Shown here piece after piece: positions 26,942 to 34,640 of a stretch of 37,500 nt of DNA. The stretch is from a virus (taxonomy: Duplodnaviria > Caudoviricetes): positions 1 to 37,500 of IMG/VR virus record IMGVR_UViG_3300038393_000710; one strand, written 5' to 3'. Positions within the stretch are counted from its first letter, which is position 1; the number at the start of each line of letters is the position of its first letter. A program made the translations under genes and the position numbers. Below the pieces are notes generated by a model. It saw only the letters and a list, made by a program, of their open reading frames with translations, had not been told where the DNA came from and ran no database searches.

Positions 26942-27225
26942 GCTGCTCGGTTCTCCGTAAACAGTTGGTGGATGGTTCTGAGTGCGGCGGGGTTGTACCC
27001 GTCGAAGCTCATGTACTTGTGGCGGGTTGGTCCTTCGCCGATCCAGACGATGACGGTCGGGATTAGGTGGTGGCCGTAGCGTGCGAGGACGCGGCGGGCA
27101 CGGTCAGTGATGAGGACCTGTGTGTAGGGTGTGCCGGCGTGGTTGAGGTGGTCGAACGTTGCCCGGGCTGCGGGGCATTCGATCCAGTGCACCTCAACCA
27201 TCACGGGCCCCGTCACCCACGTCAT
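26938..27225 (-). CDS. Degenerate glutaredoxin-like protein
   Basis: ECPAA in place of CxxC; GTPYTQV, IPTVIV and FDGYNP align with NrdH. Confidence 0.55.
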   Translation of the reverse strand: MTWVTGPVMVEVHWIECPAARATFDHLNHAGTPYTQVLITDRARRVLARYGHHLIPTVIVWIGEGPTRHKYMSFDGYNPAALRTIHQLFTENRAA

Positions 27226-27575
27226 GGCTCGCTCACCGCTTGCTCAGGCTCGTAAAGGACGGTTGCGGGGAGTGCGATGTCTTCGGATCGGTCGCCCCAC
27301 TCAGGCCCATCCCACGTGAGCTTCGGATTCTCCCCGGCCCACGTACGCGAGCACGCTTCCCAGACCCACCCATCGCCGTCGCGCACGACAGACCAGATCG
27401 GCAGTGCGTCCAGTTCCTCGGCGGTCGTGATCGTGCGGGGCTTGCGGTAGCCGGCGGCGAGCAGCTCGTCGGCGAGGTCGATGTCCTGCTGTGCTGGGCC
27501 GAACTCGCGCTTGCCGAACAGCCGGTCGAGGTTGCTGGCGATCAGGTTCGCCAGTTCGGCGCGTTCGTTGCTCAT
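27222..27575 (-). CDS. Hypothetical protein (RKPRTITTAEELDALP)
   Basis: ATGA overlaps; GGAGG RBS. Confidence 0.7.
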   Translation of the reverse strand: MSNERAELANLIASNLDRLFGKREFGPAQQDIDLADELLAAGYRKPRTITTAEELDALPIWSVVRDGDGWVWEACSRTWAGENPKLTWDGPEWGDRSEDIALPATVLYEPEQAVSEP

Positions 27576-28132
27576 GATTCCTCCTTGTTGGCGGCGAGGA
27601 TGGCGTCTCCGGCTGCCTTGATCTTGGCGAGTGCGGCGGTGTCCCCGAGCTGGTTGGCGCGGTTGTAGATGGCCTTGATCGCGGACATGTCCGTTCCTGC
27701 CGCCTGGAGTTCCGCGTCCCAATCCACGGCGCGCCTAGTGGGCTCCGTGAGGGGCTGGACGGTGAACATCCGCTTCCGCCCCCTGGTCTCGGTGAGCGGC
27801 ATGGTGAGCGGGCCGTCTAGGTGGCTCATCGCCGCGACTTCGATCCCACCGACAGCCTTGCCGCCGTACTTAACATCCGGGTTGCCCACCAGCGTCATGC
27901 GGCGGCCGACGTAGTTGTCTGTCTCGGTTCCCCACGCCTTGGCAATGACGCGCCTCATGCTCTTATTCGGCTTGTACGGACGGCCCGGGTACTCGACCAG
28001 CTCGAGGCTGACGGGCTGTTCAGCGTTGCCCGTGACCGTGCCTGCCGCGATGGTCACAGTGCGGGGGCCGGCGAGGTAGTCGTCAAAGTTCTGCTGATCG
28101 CTGCGGGGGGCGAGCGTTTCGCTGATGTCCAT
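27572..28132 (-). CDS. Conserved phage protein, candidate single-strand annealing/ssDNA-binding protein
   Basis: SDQQNFDD, YKPNKSMRRV, VGGIEV motifs; immediately after the exonuclease. Confidence 0.6.
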   Translation of the reverse strand: MDISETLAPRSDQQNFDDYLAGPRTVTIAAGTVTGNAEQPVSLELVEYPGRPYKPNKSMRRVIAKAWGTETDNYVGRRMTLVGNPDVKYGGKAVGGIEVAAMSHLDGPLTMPLTETRGRKRMFTVQPLTEPTRRAVDWDAELQAAGTDMSAIKAIYNRANQLGDTAALAKIKAAGDAILAANKEES

Positions 28133-28133
28133 G

Positions 28134-28817
28134 TCAGGTGAACTCCGGTTCTAGGTAGTGGTCGATGCGTTCAGTGAGGGGCAGGCCAGCGGTTGCGACT
28201 TCGTATCCGGCGATCATCATTTCCGCGACCTGCTCGAAGCTGCGGACGGCCTCAACGATCGCGTTGTGCCATGTGGCGTTCGGGTAGACGCGCTTGATGT
28301 AGAGGTGCATCCCGCCGCTGTAGGACACGTAATCCAGCCACTTGCGGCCCGACACGAGCAGGCCACATTGGATCTGTGCCATGTTCGCCAGGGGTACTTC
28401 GTCGTTCAGGATGGTGCCGAGCTGGATCTTGGGATCGCGGGACTTGATCTCGATCAGCCCATCCCCGCCCACCAGCCCATCAGGTGAGTAGCCGATGCGG
28501 AATCCCCAGTCGTCGCACACCATGAAGCCGACCTCATCGACCGTGACGCCCTTGTGTGCGGCGTAGGCTTCCCTCGCGTATGGCTCATCGAGTGTGCCGC
28601 GTTCCATTGCCCGCGACGGGATGATTGGCTCAACATGCCCTGTGATGCGTTCGGCCACAAGCTGCTCAGTCAACGAGCGGCTGTAGTCGTTGGCTGCTGG
28701 CTTGATCGTCTTGGCCGTGATGAGCTGCCCGACCACGGATGCGGTGACGATGCCGCATCGTGCCTGGAGCCAAGCGTCCGTGCCCTGCTCGAGCTCGTCG
28801 TAGATGCGGAGGCTCAT
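28134..28817 (-). CDS. YqaJ/lambda-type exonuclease
   Basis: QGTDAWLQARCGIVTAS, RGTLDEP, YSPDGLV, IEIKS, QIQCGL. Confidence 0.92.
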   Translation of the reverse strand: MSLRIYDELEQGTDAWLQARCGIVTASVVGQLITAKTIKPAANDYSRSLTEQLVAERITGHVEPIIPSRAMERGTLDEPYAREAYAAHKGVTVDEVGFMVCDDWGFRIGYSPDGLVGGDGLIEIKSRDPKIQLGTILNDEVPLANMAQIQCGLLVSGRKWLDYVSYSGGMHLYIKRVYPNATWHNAIVEAVRSFEQVAEMMIAGYEVATAGLPLTERIDHYLEPEFT

Positions 28818-29053
28818 AGCTCGTCGTCTCCTTTGAAGTCGTCGGGGGTGGGTGTGCGGGTGTTGTCGGTGGCGAGGCAGTACATGGCGAGTGTGACGAG
28901 CAGGACGATGCCTAGGACTTCCACGGGCTTGCCTTTCGTTGGTCCGTGACCCACCAGCAGTTCGTGCGGTTCGGGCCGGTCGTTGATGTTGACGATGTTG
29001 TGGCCGCACTCGGGGCACGGGTGCTCGAATCGCGGCATCGGTGCGGCGGTCAT
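28814..29053 (-). CDS. Hypothetical protein with CPECG and a hydrophobic C-terminal segment
   Basis: MTAAPMPRFEHPCPECG...; ATG overlaps the stop of the alternative frame of the upstream gene. Confidence 0.55.
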   Translation of the reverse strand: MTAAPMPRFEHPCPECGHNIVNINDRPEPHELLVGHGPTKGKPVEVLGIVLLVTLAMYCLATDNTRTPTPDDFKGDDEL

Positions 29054-29272
29054 GGTGCGGTTCTGATGGCGGTGTTGATGGCGTCGTAGAACTCCCAGAG
29101 CAGCAACTTCGCCTTCACGGACTCTTTGCCGTGGTTGAATGTAGAGGGTGACGGTCTGTTCCCCCTCGGCGTTGCGGCCCACAATGACCCCCGCGGCGCG
29201 GGCACGGTCACGGGTACGCACCGACGCACGCCCAGGCTTCACGGCTTTGAAGCCGTACTGAGCGCGGTTCAC
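29050..29272 (-). pseudogene. Small gene with an apparent 1-bp insertion near 29138
   Basis: Removing one T gives ...TLYINHGKESVKAKLLLWEFYDAINTAIRTAP* with an ATGA overlap. Confidence 0.5.
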
Positions 29273-30030
29273 TCGTCCGCCCCGATCAGACGGTGGTCGC
29301 GCATCTCCTCCATGACGGATTCGCCGGACCAGAGCACGTCCTTGCCCTCATGGAGGTACTTGGTGCCGAATGAGCCATCGCGGACTGCGCGGAAGACCAC
29401 TGTTCCCCGGGTTTCATTCCGGCACTCGATACGTGCCCCGGTCTCGGCGGGCAGGGTGAACGGCGGGGATGGGTCGAGGGCTTCGCCAAGCTTGTGTCGC
29501 AGCGCTCTGAACAGGTCAGGATCAAGGTAGTCCCTGATCTCCCGTACCCGCTGGATGGTCGCCTCGGCAGCCTCGGCGCGGTCCTTGAACTCTTGGAAAC
29601 CCTTCATGATGTGGTCTCGGTTGGCCTTCACTGCGGACCATTCCCCTTCGAGCCACTCGCCCTTGGCCTTGTACTCGTCACGCTCCTTCTCGGCGGCCTC
29701 GGCGCACTTGTGCCACTCGTCCAGCCCCGCAGCCTCAGCCTCGGCTGCCATGCGGGCGTCAGCCAGCTCCTTCTCGGCCTCCGCAGCGAGCTGGATGGCG
29801 TTGTCCCGTTCCCGGGCGAGCTGTCCGCACTGCTCGACAAGCTCGGCGTAGCTGGAGTCCTTCGCCACGGCGCCGAGCGCGTCCAGGAGCTCAGCGACGG
29901 GAAAGACGCGGAAATGATCCCCGTTTGGCGCGATGGCGAGGCATGGAACGCCCGTGAATGAGCCCGCACTGGGCGTGTAGTCCTCCAGGGTCCACTCGGC
30001 CCCGTAGATGCTCTTGATTGTCTTGCTCAC
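29269..30030 (-). CDS. Coiled-coil hypothetical protein
   Basis: 253 aa with RAEAAEA-type heptads; 4-nt overlaps. Confidence 0.75.
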   Translation of the reverse strand: MSKTIKSIYGAEWTLEDYTPSAGSFTGVPCLAIAPNGDHFRVFPVAELLDALGAVAKDSSYAELVEQCGQLARERDNAIQLAAEAEKELADARMAAEAEAAGLDEWHKCAEAAEKERDEYKAKGEWLEGEWSAVKANRDHIMKGFQEFKDRAEAAEATIQRVREIRDYLDPDLFRALRHKLGEALDPSPPFTLPAETGARIECRNETRGTVVFRAVRDGSFGTKYLHEGKDVLWSGESVMEEMRDHRLIGADE

Positions 30031-30128
30031 TGTCCCCTCCAGATGTGGTATGCGAATACGAGTAGTCCCCAGGCGCTTGCGGCGAGGTAGGCGCCGATGA
30101 TGAACGCGAACACCAGGACGCCCTTCAC
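30027..30128 (-). CDS. 33-aa membrane peptide
   Basis: MKGVLVFAFIIGAYLAASAWGLLVFAYHIWRGQ; GTGA overlaps. Confidence 0.6.
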   Translation of the reverse strand: MKGVLVFAFIIGAYLAASAWGLLVFAYHIWRGQ

Positions 30129-30256
30129 GACTCGCCCCGGATGATGGCGAGCAGCTTCGGGAGGTCGATCACGCCGTTGCCGAGCATCACGCGGATGGCG
30201 TGCTCGAGCTGGGTCAGGCGTTGGTCAGGCTCAGGCAGGAACGCCGGCGCGGTCAT
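30125..30256 (-). CDS. 43-aa hypothetical protein
   Basis: MTAPAFLPEPDQRLTQLEHAIRVMLGNGVIDLPKLLAIIRGES; 4-nt overlaps. Confidence 0.6.
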   Translation of the reverse strand: MTAPAFLPEPDQRLTQLEHAIRVMLGNGVIDLPKLLAIIRGES

Positions 30257-30636
30257 GACAGCACCTCGAGTTCGGACGGGTGGAACATCACTGAGTAGCC
30301 GAGGTGGTCAAGCTCGACTTCGACCGGGTTGGTGTGTTCCGGTTCGATGGCGACGACGGTCCCGCTGTAGTCGGTGAAGTCAACGCCGCTCACACCGTTC
30401 TGCTTGGGGTAGCGGTTGCCGATGATGTGGACGCGATCGCCCAGCTTCGGGCGCGGCCCAACCTTGTGCAGCCCGTTGACGACGATGGCGAGGTTCGCTG
30501 CGTAGTCGTGCGCTTCGGGCAGCTTGTCGAACAGGTACCTGGAGCCACTGGGCGAGGTCACAACCCAGGACTTCCACCCCTCACTGTTCGGCTGAGTGTC
30601 GAGGGAGACGCGTGGGCGGGCTAGTGTGGTAGTCAC
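30253..30636 (-). CDS. Hypothetical protein with C-terminal SH3-like domain
   Basis: KLGDRVHII..GTVVAI..VEVELD..FHPSELEVL. Confidence 0.7.
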   Translation of the reverse strand: MTTTLARPRVSLDTQPNSEGWKSWVVTSPSGSRYLFDKLPEAHDYAANLAIVVNGLHKVGPRPKLGDRVHIIGNRYPKQNGVSGVDFTDYSGTVVAIEPEHTNPVEVELDHLGYSVMFHPSELEVLS

Positions 30637-30764
30637 AGGGTCACGTCCTCGGCATCACGGCGGCGTCCAGTGGGCTGGCTGTCCTCGTTGAGCAGGTCAT
30701 AGGAGTAATCGGCCCAGCGGGTGCGGCACGTCCAGCCGGCGCTGTGCTTCGGGGGGCGGTTCAT
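30633..30764 (-). CDS. 43-aa hypothetical protein
   Basis: MNRPPKHSAGWTCRTRWADYSYDLL...; AAGGAG RBS; GTGA overlap. Confidence 0.55.
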   Translation of the reverse strand: MNRPPKHSAGWTCRTRWADYSYDLLNEDSQPTGRRRDAEDVTL

Positions 30765-30773
30765 GGTGTCTCC

Positions 30774-31049
30774 TTATGCGGCCCGTGCGGCGATGCGGCG
30801 GGCAGCGTTGGCTTGGCGGGTTTCGGCGTCGGCTCGCCTGGATGCCTTCTCTCCGGTCGGGTCGGAGTAGGTGAGGCGCATGTACATGTCGATGTGCGAG
30901 TCCGTGAGGGTTGTCTCGTTGCAAGCCTCGAACCAGCGGCTAATGCCCTTGGCGAGCTTGCGGACATCGGTGCGGCCCAGCGGGAGTTGCTTGTCTGCGG
31001 AGTATTCGCGGATCCGGTTCTCGTATCCGGCGAGGGTGATTTTTGGCAT
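30774..31049 (-). CDS. Hypothetical protein (YSDPTGEKA)
   Basis: 91-aa ORF in the early operon. Confidence 0.7.
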   Translation of the reverse strand: MPKITLAGYENRIREYSADKQLPLGRTDVRKLAKGISRWFEACNETTLTDSHIDMYMRLTYSDPTGEKASRRADAETRQANAARRIAARAA

Positions 31050-31140
31050 GACGAAAGAGCCTGTCTCCGAGGGACGAACCCAAGGGTGAGGTGTGGGTGC
31101 TGCGGTGGTGTGGTGCCCGAGGTGGGCTAAGTGCGGGCTA

Positions 31141-31665
31141 CTAAGCGGCAGGCGAATGCCAGGGGCTGGTGTCGGCGCGCCAGTTCATGTCCGGGGCTGC
31201 CGTGCGCTCGAGGGCCTTCTCGATCTGGTCTGCCATATCGAGAGTGACCTTGGGGAAGTATCCGGCCGCTGCTCGGCGGTCTAGGTCCTCCTGGTTGAGG
31301 CGGTGCTCAACGATTGCCTGAGCCTGTCGGATCTCTTCGATGTGCTCGGCGAGTTCGGTAGTCAGGTTGAACCACTCGCCGCGGTCGTGGAGGTGGGCGA
31401 ACTGTGCGTGGCGCTGCTGCTCAACGTCAGCGTTGCCGATCTCGTAGCCGAGAAGGACGGGGTTGCCGGCCCAGTGAGTTGGGCGGGCGGCCCTGCCTCC
31501 GCGGCGGATCTGATCGACGCGCTTCTCGGGGTTCTTTGAGTAGCCGATCTTCACGAACTGTCCGCACTGGATGTAGTAGACGAACGGGCCGCGGTCTTCG
31601 TAGCAGGAGAGGGGGGCTGGGCCGTAGATGCCGAAGCCAACGTCAGTGAGGTCGTTCATGGTCAC
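31141..31665 (-). CDS. GIY-YIG/T5orf172-family protein
   Basis: VYYIQC..VKIGYS..R, E..H..F..RGEWF. Confidence 0.85.
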   Translation of the reverse strand: MTMNDLTDVGFGIYGPAPLSCYEDRGPFVYYIQCGQFVKIGYSKNPEKRVDQIRRGGRAARPTHWAGNPVLLGYEIGNADVEQQRHAQFAHLHDRGEWFNLTTELAEHIEEIRQAQAIVEHRLNQEDLDRRAAAGYFPKVTLDMADQIEKALERTAAPDMNWRADTSPWHSPAA

Positions 31666-31847
31666 TTCGCCTCCGAGGGGAGCGAATCGAGCCAGGATTC
31701 GAGCTCAGTGGCCGGGAGTACCGGCTTCGTTCCGATGTAGCGGGGAGCGAGGTCGCCGTTGCGGACAAGGAGCCCGATCATGCTCTTGGAGATCCCGAGG
31801 GCTGCGGCTGCTTCCTCGTAGGAGTAGGCGAGTTTGCGCTTGTCCAT
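31662..31847 (-). CDS. xis: Excisionase (HTH_17/MerR-like)
   Basis: AYSYEEAAAALGIS..LVRNGDL..IG..ELESWL. Confidence 0.8.
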   Translation of the reverse strand: MDKRKLAYSYEEAAAALGISKSMIGLLVRNGDLAPRYIGTKPVLPATELESWLDSLPSEAK

Positions 31848-31848
31848 G

Positions 31849-32094
31849 TCAGGCCGCCAGGTCTTCGGGGAGGAGGGTGTGGGGCGGAATGTCGAGTGCG
31901 TTGGCGATCTTTGCCAGCTCTGCGACGTTGAGAGGGCGGGCGCCGCGGATGGAGCGGCGGAAGGAGGAGTAGGAGATTCCGGTGGCTTCGGAGACGCCGA
32001 CCATGCTCTGCCCCTTGATGAGGATGGCCTCGCCGATCCTCTTCCCGACCTCAGCGTGGAACTTGTTGACCTCTTCGGTCTGCTTGTTGGTCAT
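31849..32094 (-). CDS. Cro-like HTH protein
   Basis: HTH_3 fold (VSEATGISYSSFRRSIRG); divergent from the repressor. Confidence 0.8.
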   Translation of the reverse strand: MTNKQTEEVNKFHAEVGKRIGEAILIKGQSMVGVSEATGISYSSFRRSIRGARPLNVAELAKIANALDIPPHTLLPEDLAA

Positions 32095-32255
32095 GTTCCT
32101 ACCGTAGTTGACGAATTTGATAATCACAACCCGTGTAAGTAGTCGGCGTGTCGCACGTCGCGTACACGCGGGAGGGTCCGGGGATGGTCAACTGCGATAA
32201 CTTGTTGACTCAGAGGTCTAGACAGTTACCCAATCGAATGGATAAATTGATCAAC
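32095..32255. promoter_or_regulatory. Divergent lysis/lysogeny switch: two leaderless promoters and four candidate 16-bp operators
   Basis: Minus TTGTGA-17-TACGGT-6-ATG(cro); plus TAGACA-18-TAAATT-7-ATG(rep); TTGAC-N6-G(T/A)(C/T)AA-like sites at 32108, 32185, 32205, 32239. Confidence 0.6.
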
Positions 32256-32507
32256 ATGGAAACCACGCCGAGCTACGAAGAGGCCCTTGAGGCCGCGCTC
32301 GCCACCGAGATCCGCGTCGAGATCGTCCGGCGTGGCACCACTCAGCAGGAACTCGCCGACTCTCTGGGAATGGCAAAGGCCACCCTCAACAGGTATCTCA
32401 AGGGGCACAACTCCATGCCTCTTGCGACCCTGTCGAGGGTGGCCAGGTTGCTCGGTACCTCAGCCCATGAGCTGATGGCGCGGGCTGAGTCTCGGATTTC
32501 TGAGTAG
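32256..32507 (+). CDS. Immunity repressor (HTH_3 only, no S24 peptidase domain)
   Basis: TQQELADSLGMAKATLNRYLKG; opposite strand, divergent from cro/xis. Confidence 0.85.
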   Translation: METTPSYEEALEAALATEIRVEIVRRGTTQQELADSLGMAKATLNRYLKGHNSMPLATLSRVARLLGTSAHELMARAESRISE

Positions 32508-32597
32508 GTCTGACGGGCGAATCCCCAGTTCGCCGGCGTGCCTGATGAGGTCGGATACCGTCACGAGCGGATCTTGCGGGTTCTCCTGCCGTGTCAT
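32460..32597 (-). CDS. 45-aa truncated HTH-like protein, candidate antirepressor
   Basis: GGAAGGGGAG RBS; VTVSDLIRHAGELGIRPSDLL resembles HTH_3 helices 4-5. Confidence 0.55.
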   Translation of the reverse strand: MTRQENPQDPLVTVSDLIRHAGELGIRPSDLLRNPRLSPRHQLMG

Positions 32598-32798
32598 GCC
32601 GTCTCCCCTTCCGGTGCGAGTCGGCCGCTCCGTCGCGGTCCCCCATGACCGGGGCGGCCCTGTCACTTCATCTGACACGACAGTGACGACGGAGTAAAGG
32701 GGTTTCGTAGAAGTGTCAACGATTCTAGGTGCTGCGAACAAGGCTCCCCCAAGAGCTCGAGGCGTGGCGCGGCCCGGGTGCTCGAGCCGTCTGGGAGC

Positions 32799-32825
32799 AG
32801 TGTAAGGTCTCGCACGGACGTTCGA
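32799..32825 (-). promoter_or_regulatory. Putative LexA (SOS) box adjacent to a -10 TACACT promoter element
   Basis: TCGCAC-GGAC-GTTCGA (32810-32825), one mismatch to the actinobacterial TCGAAC-N4-GTTCGA; TACACT on the minus strand at 32804-32799. Confidence 0.6.
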
Positions 32826-32880
32826 AGACTTCGTTGCGCACAAGACAACCAAGTCTCTGTGGATACTTGGGACTAAAGTC

Positions 32881-34077
32881 CTACCGCTCGAGCTGGGCGC
32901 TCATCTGCTCCATTGCTGCGGTGAGCCGTGCGAGGTCGGCACGGGACCGGTAGCCGCGGGTGACGGAGCGTGTGGAGTGGCCAACGATGTCCATGATCAG
33001 ATCCTCGGGAACCTTGGCCGCGTACAGCAGGTCCACGGTCGTGTGCCTGGAGCCGTGGAGCACCACGTCATCGGGCAGCCCTGCGCCGCCGAGGACTTCC
33101 TTCCACCTGTCGGTGGCGTTGTCCGGGTCGTAGTAGGGCTTGCCGTCCTCGGTGAACACTAGGTCGCCGCGTGCCTGCTGGAGGGCGAGGGCCATGATCG
33201 ACCGCAGAGGTTCCACGAGGGGGATGACCCGCCAGCTCTTGGAAGACTTCGGGCGGGTGAGGTACAGGGACTTCTCGAGGTGCCGGTACTCGTAGTCGGG
33301 GGAGGCGTCGCGTTCCATGTTGGCGACGCGCTGGAGCTGCCAGGAGAGGTCGAGCACGTCGCCCACCCGGTCGCGCTCCAGCCCGAGGAGTTCCCCGCGG
33401 CGTGCCCCTGTGAGCAGGTAGGAGGCCCATAGCGGCCCGTCCGGGATGGTTGCGCAGTAGGCGAGCAGATCGACGGCCTGGGCGACTGTGAGGGCTTTCT
33501 GCTGGGCGTCGCGGACGCCGGGCCGGCCAGCCTTGTCACATGGGTTGGAGCGGATGAGGTTCTCGGCCGTTGCGGTCTTGAGGGCGGCGGACATGGCGTT
33601 GTGCACGTTGAGCGCATAGGTGCTGGAGAGCATCTCGGTTCCCTCGTGCCATTCCTCTGGCGGGAGGTTGCGCAACGCCTTGGGCTTCGGCGTGCCTGTG
33701 ACGCGATCGTGCACCTTGCGGATGTGTGCGGGGGTGATCTGCTCGAGTCTGAGCCTTCCGAGTTCGGGGATGGCGTAGAGGGTGAGGCCGGAGCGGTAGC
33801 CTGCGAGGGTTTTGGGGCGGGTCTTCATGCGTGGGGCGATGTCGTCCAGCCAGTGCATGAACCACTTGTCGGCCCGCCAGGATTGCGTGGGGAGGTCGCC
33901 GGCTTCTGCGAGTTGGGCTTTGAGTTCGCGGAGTTTGGTGACGACGGTTGCGCGCTGCTTGGAGCGGACGACTTTGCGGCGGGGCTTCCCGTCTGGTCCG
34001 GGCGGGAGGGTGACGGCGCACGCCCAGAGGCCGGACGACGACTCCTTGTAGATGGACCCTTCGTTGTGGCCGCGCAT
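32881..34077 (-). CDS. int: Tyrosine integrase
   Basis: EGSIY arm-binding N-terminus; TGARRGE, K, HGSRH, VGHS, Y catalytic residues. Confidence 0.95.
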   Translation of the reverse strand: MRGHNEGSIYKESSSGLWACAVTLPPGPDGKPRRKVVRSKQRATVVTKLRELKAQLAEAGDLPTQSWRADKWFMHWLDDIAPRMKTRPKTLAGYRSGLTLYAIPELGRLRLEQITPAHIRKVHDRVTGTPKPKALRNLPPEEWHEGTEMLSSTYALNVHNAMSAALKTATAENLIRSNPCDKAGRPGVRDAQQKALTVAQAVDLLAYCATIPDGPLWASYLLTGARRGELLGLERDRVGDVLDLSWQLQRVANMERDASPDYEYRHLEKSLYLTRPKSSKSWRVIPLVEPLRSIMALALQQARGDLVFTEDGKPYYDPDNATDRWKEVLGGAGLPDDVVLHGSRHTTVDLLYAAKVPEDLIMDIVGHSTRSVTRGYRSRADLARLTAAMEQMSAQLER

Positions 34078-34094
34078 AGTACCCCTCATCTTGG

Positions 34095-34116
34095 TGTAGC
34101 AGAACATGTAGCAGAA
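34095..34116 (+). repeat. Integrase arm-type sites (pair 1)
   Basis: TGTAGCAGAA x2 with 12-bp period. Confidence 0.8.
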
Positions 34117-34201
34117 CATGTGCGTTCATAGCGTCCCATGTGGCTCCTGAACCTTTCAACTTCCGCGTGTTTCCGGGGTTTTCCCTACCCCTAGCATACC
34201 C

Positions 34202-34256
34202 GAGCGTTCGACTGAAAATCGAAAGGTCACCGGATCGACGCCGGTCGGAGCCACCA
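34202..34256 (+). mobile_element. attP common core = 3' portion of tRNA-Phe(GAA)
   Basis: GAGCGTTCGACTGAAAATCGAAAGGTCACCGGATCGACGCCGGTCGGAGCCACCA; 5' tRNA half absent; flanked by arm sites. Confidence 0.9.
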
Positions 34257-34257
34257 A

Positions 34258-34285
34258 GAAAAGCCCCGGATTTCCGGGGCTTTTC
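34258..34285. terminator. Bidirectional terminator after the attP tRNA segment
   Basis: GAAAAGCCCCGGA-TTT-CCGGGGCTTTTC. Confidence 0.85.
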
Positions 34286-34317
34286 GCGTATCCGGGCACT
34301 GCCGGATGGGCCGTTAC

Positions 34318-34339
34318 TGTAGCAGAGGGTGTAGCAGAA
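34318..34339 (+). repeat. Integrase arm-type sites (pair 2)
   Basis: TGTAGCAGAG and TGTAGCAGAA with 12-bp period. Confidence 0.8.
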
Positions 34340-34560
34340 CCCACAGCGCCGCACACCATGCCACAGCGCAGCATGGGAGCGTATTGGCCCCGGCCTTTTA
34401 ATCGCGCCGCCCATCCCCTACGCTCAGAGGGCATCACTCGCACATGGTCTAGGGGGGCCAAATGAAACCGATGATGCCCGTGTTCGTCCGCGCCGACATC
34501 GGCGGGAACACGATCGATGGCGCGGTGAAGCTCGCCAAGCAGTAGCGCCGGGACGCAGAA

Positions 34561-34592
34561 AGGCGCCCCACCCGGTGAAGGGTGGGGCGCTT
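34561..34592. terminator. Stem-loop upstream of the SGNH moron
   Basis: AGGCGCCCCACCC-GGTGAA-GGGTGGGGCGCTT. Confidence 0.6.
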
Positions 34593-34600
34593 GATAGGAT
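34592..34600 (+). promoter_or_regulatory. Extended -10 promoter for the SGNH moron
   Basis: TG-A-TAGGAT about 40 nt upstream of ATG 34641. Confidence 0.45.
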
Positions 34601-34640
34601 GCAGAGCGCATCCGTGGGGGAATCTTTTGGGGGAAAGCAA

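Noticed and set aside
34202-34256. Functional tRNA-Phe gene
   Set aside because: The acceptor 5' strand and most of the D arm are missing; this is the attP core
32256-34256. Integration-dependent immunity (attP inside the repressor gene)
   Set aside because: attP lies upstream of int, about 1.7 kb from the repressor, and neither repressor nor integrase ends in an ssrA-like tag
34095-34339. CRISPR-like repeats (TGTAGCAGAA)
   Set aside because: 10-bp repeats in two pairs flanking the att core fit integrase arm sites; no spacers or cas genes
34462-34545. 27-aa plus-strand ORF (MKPMMPVFVRADIGG...) before a hairpin
   Set aside because: Too short and featureless to support; may be a gene remnant
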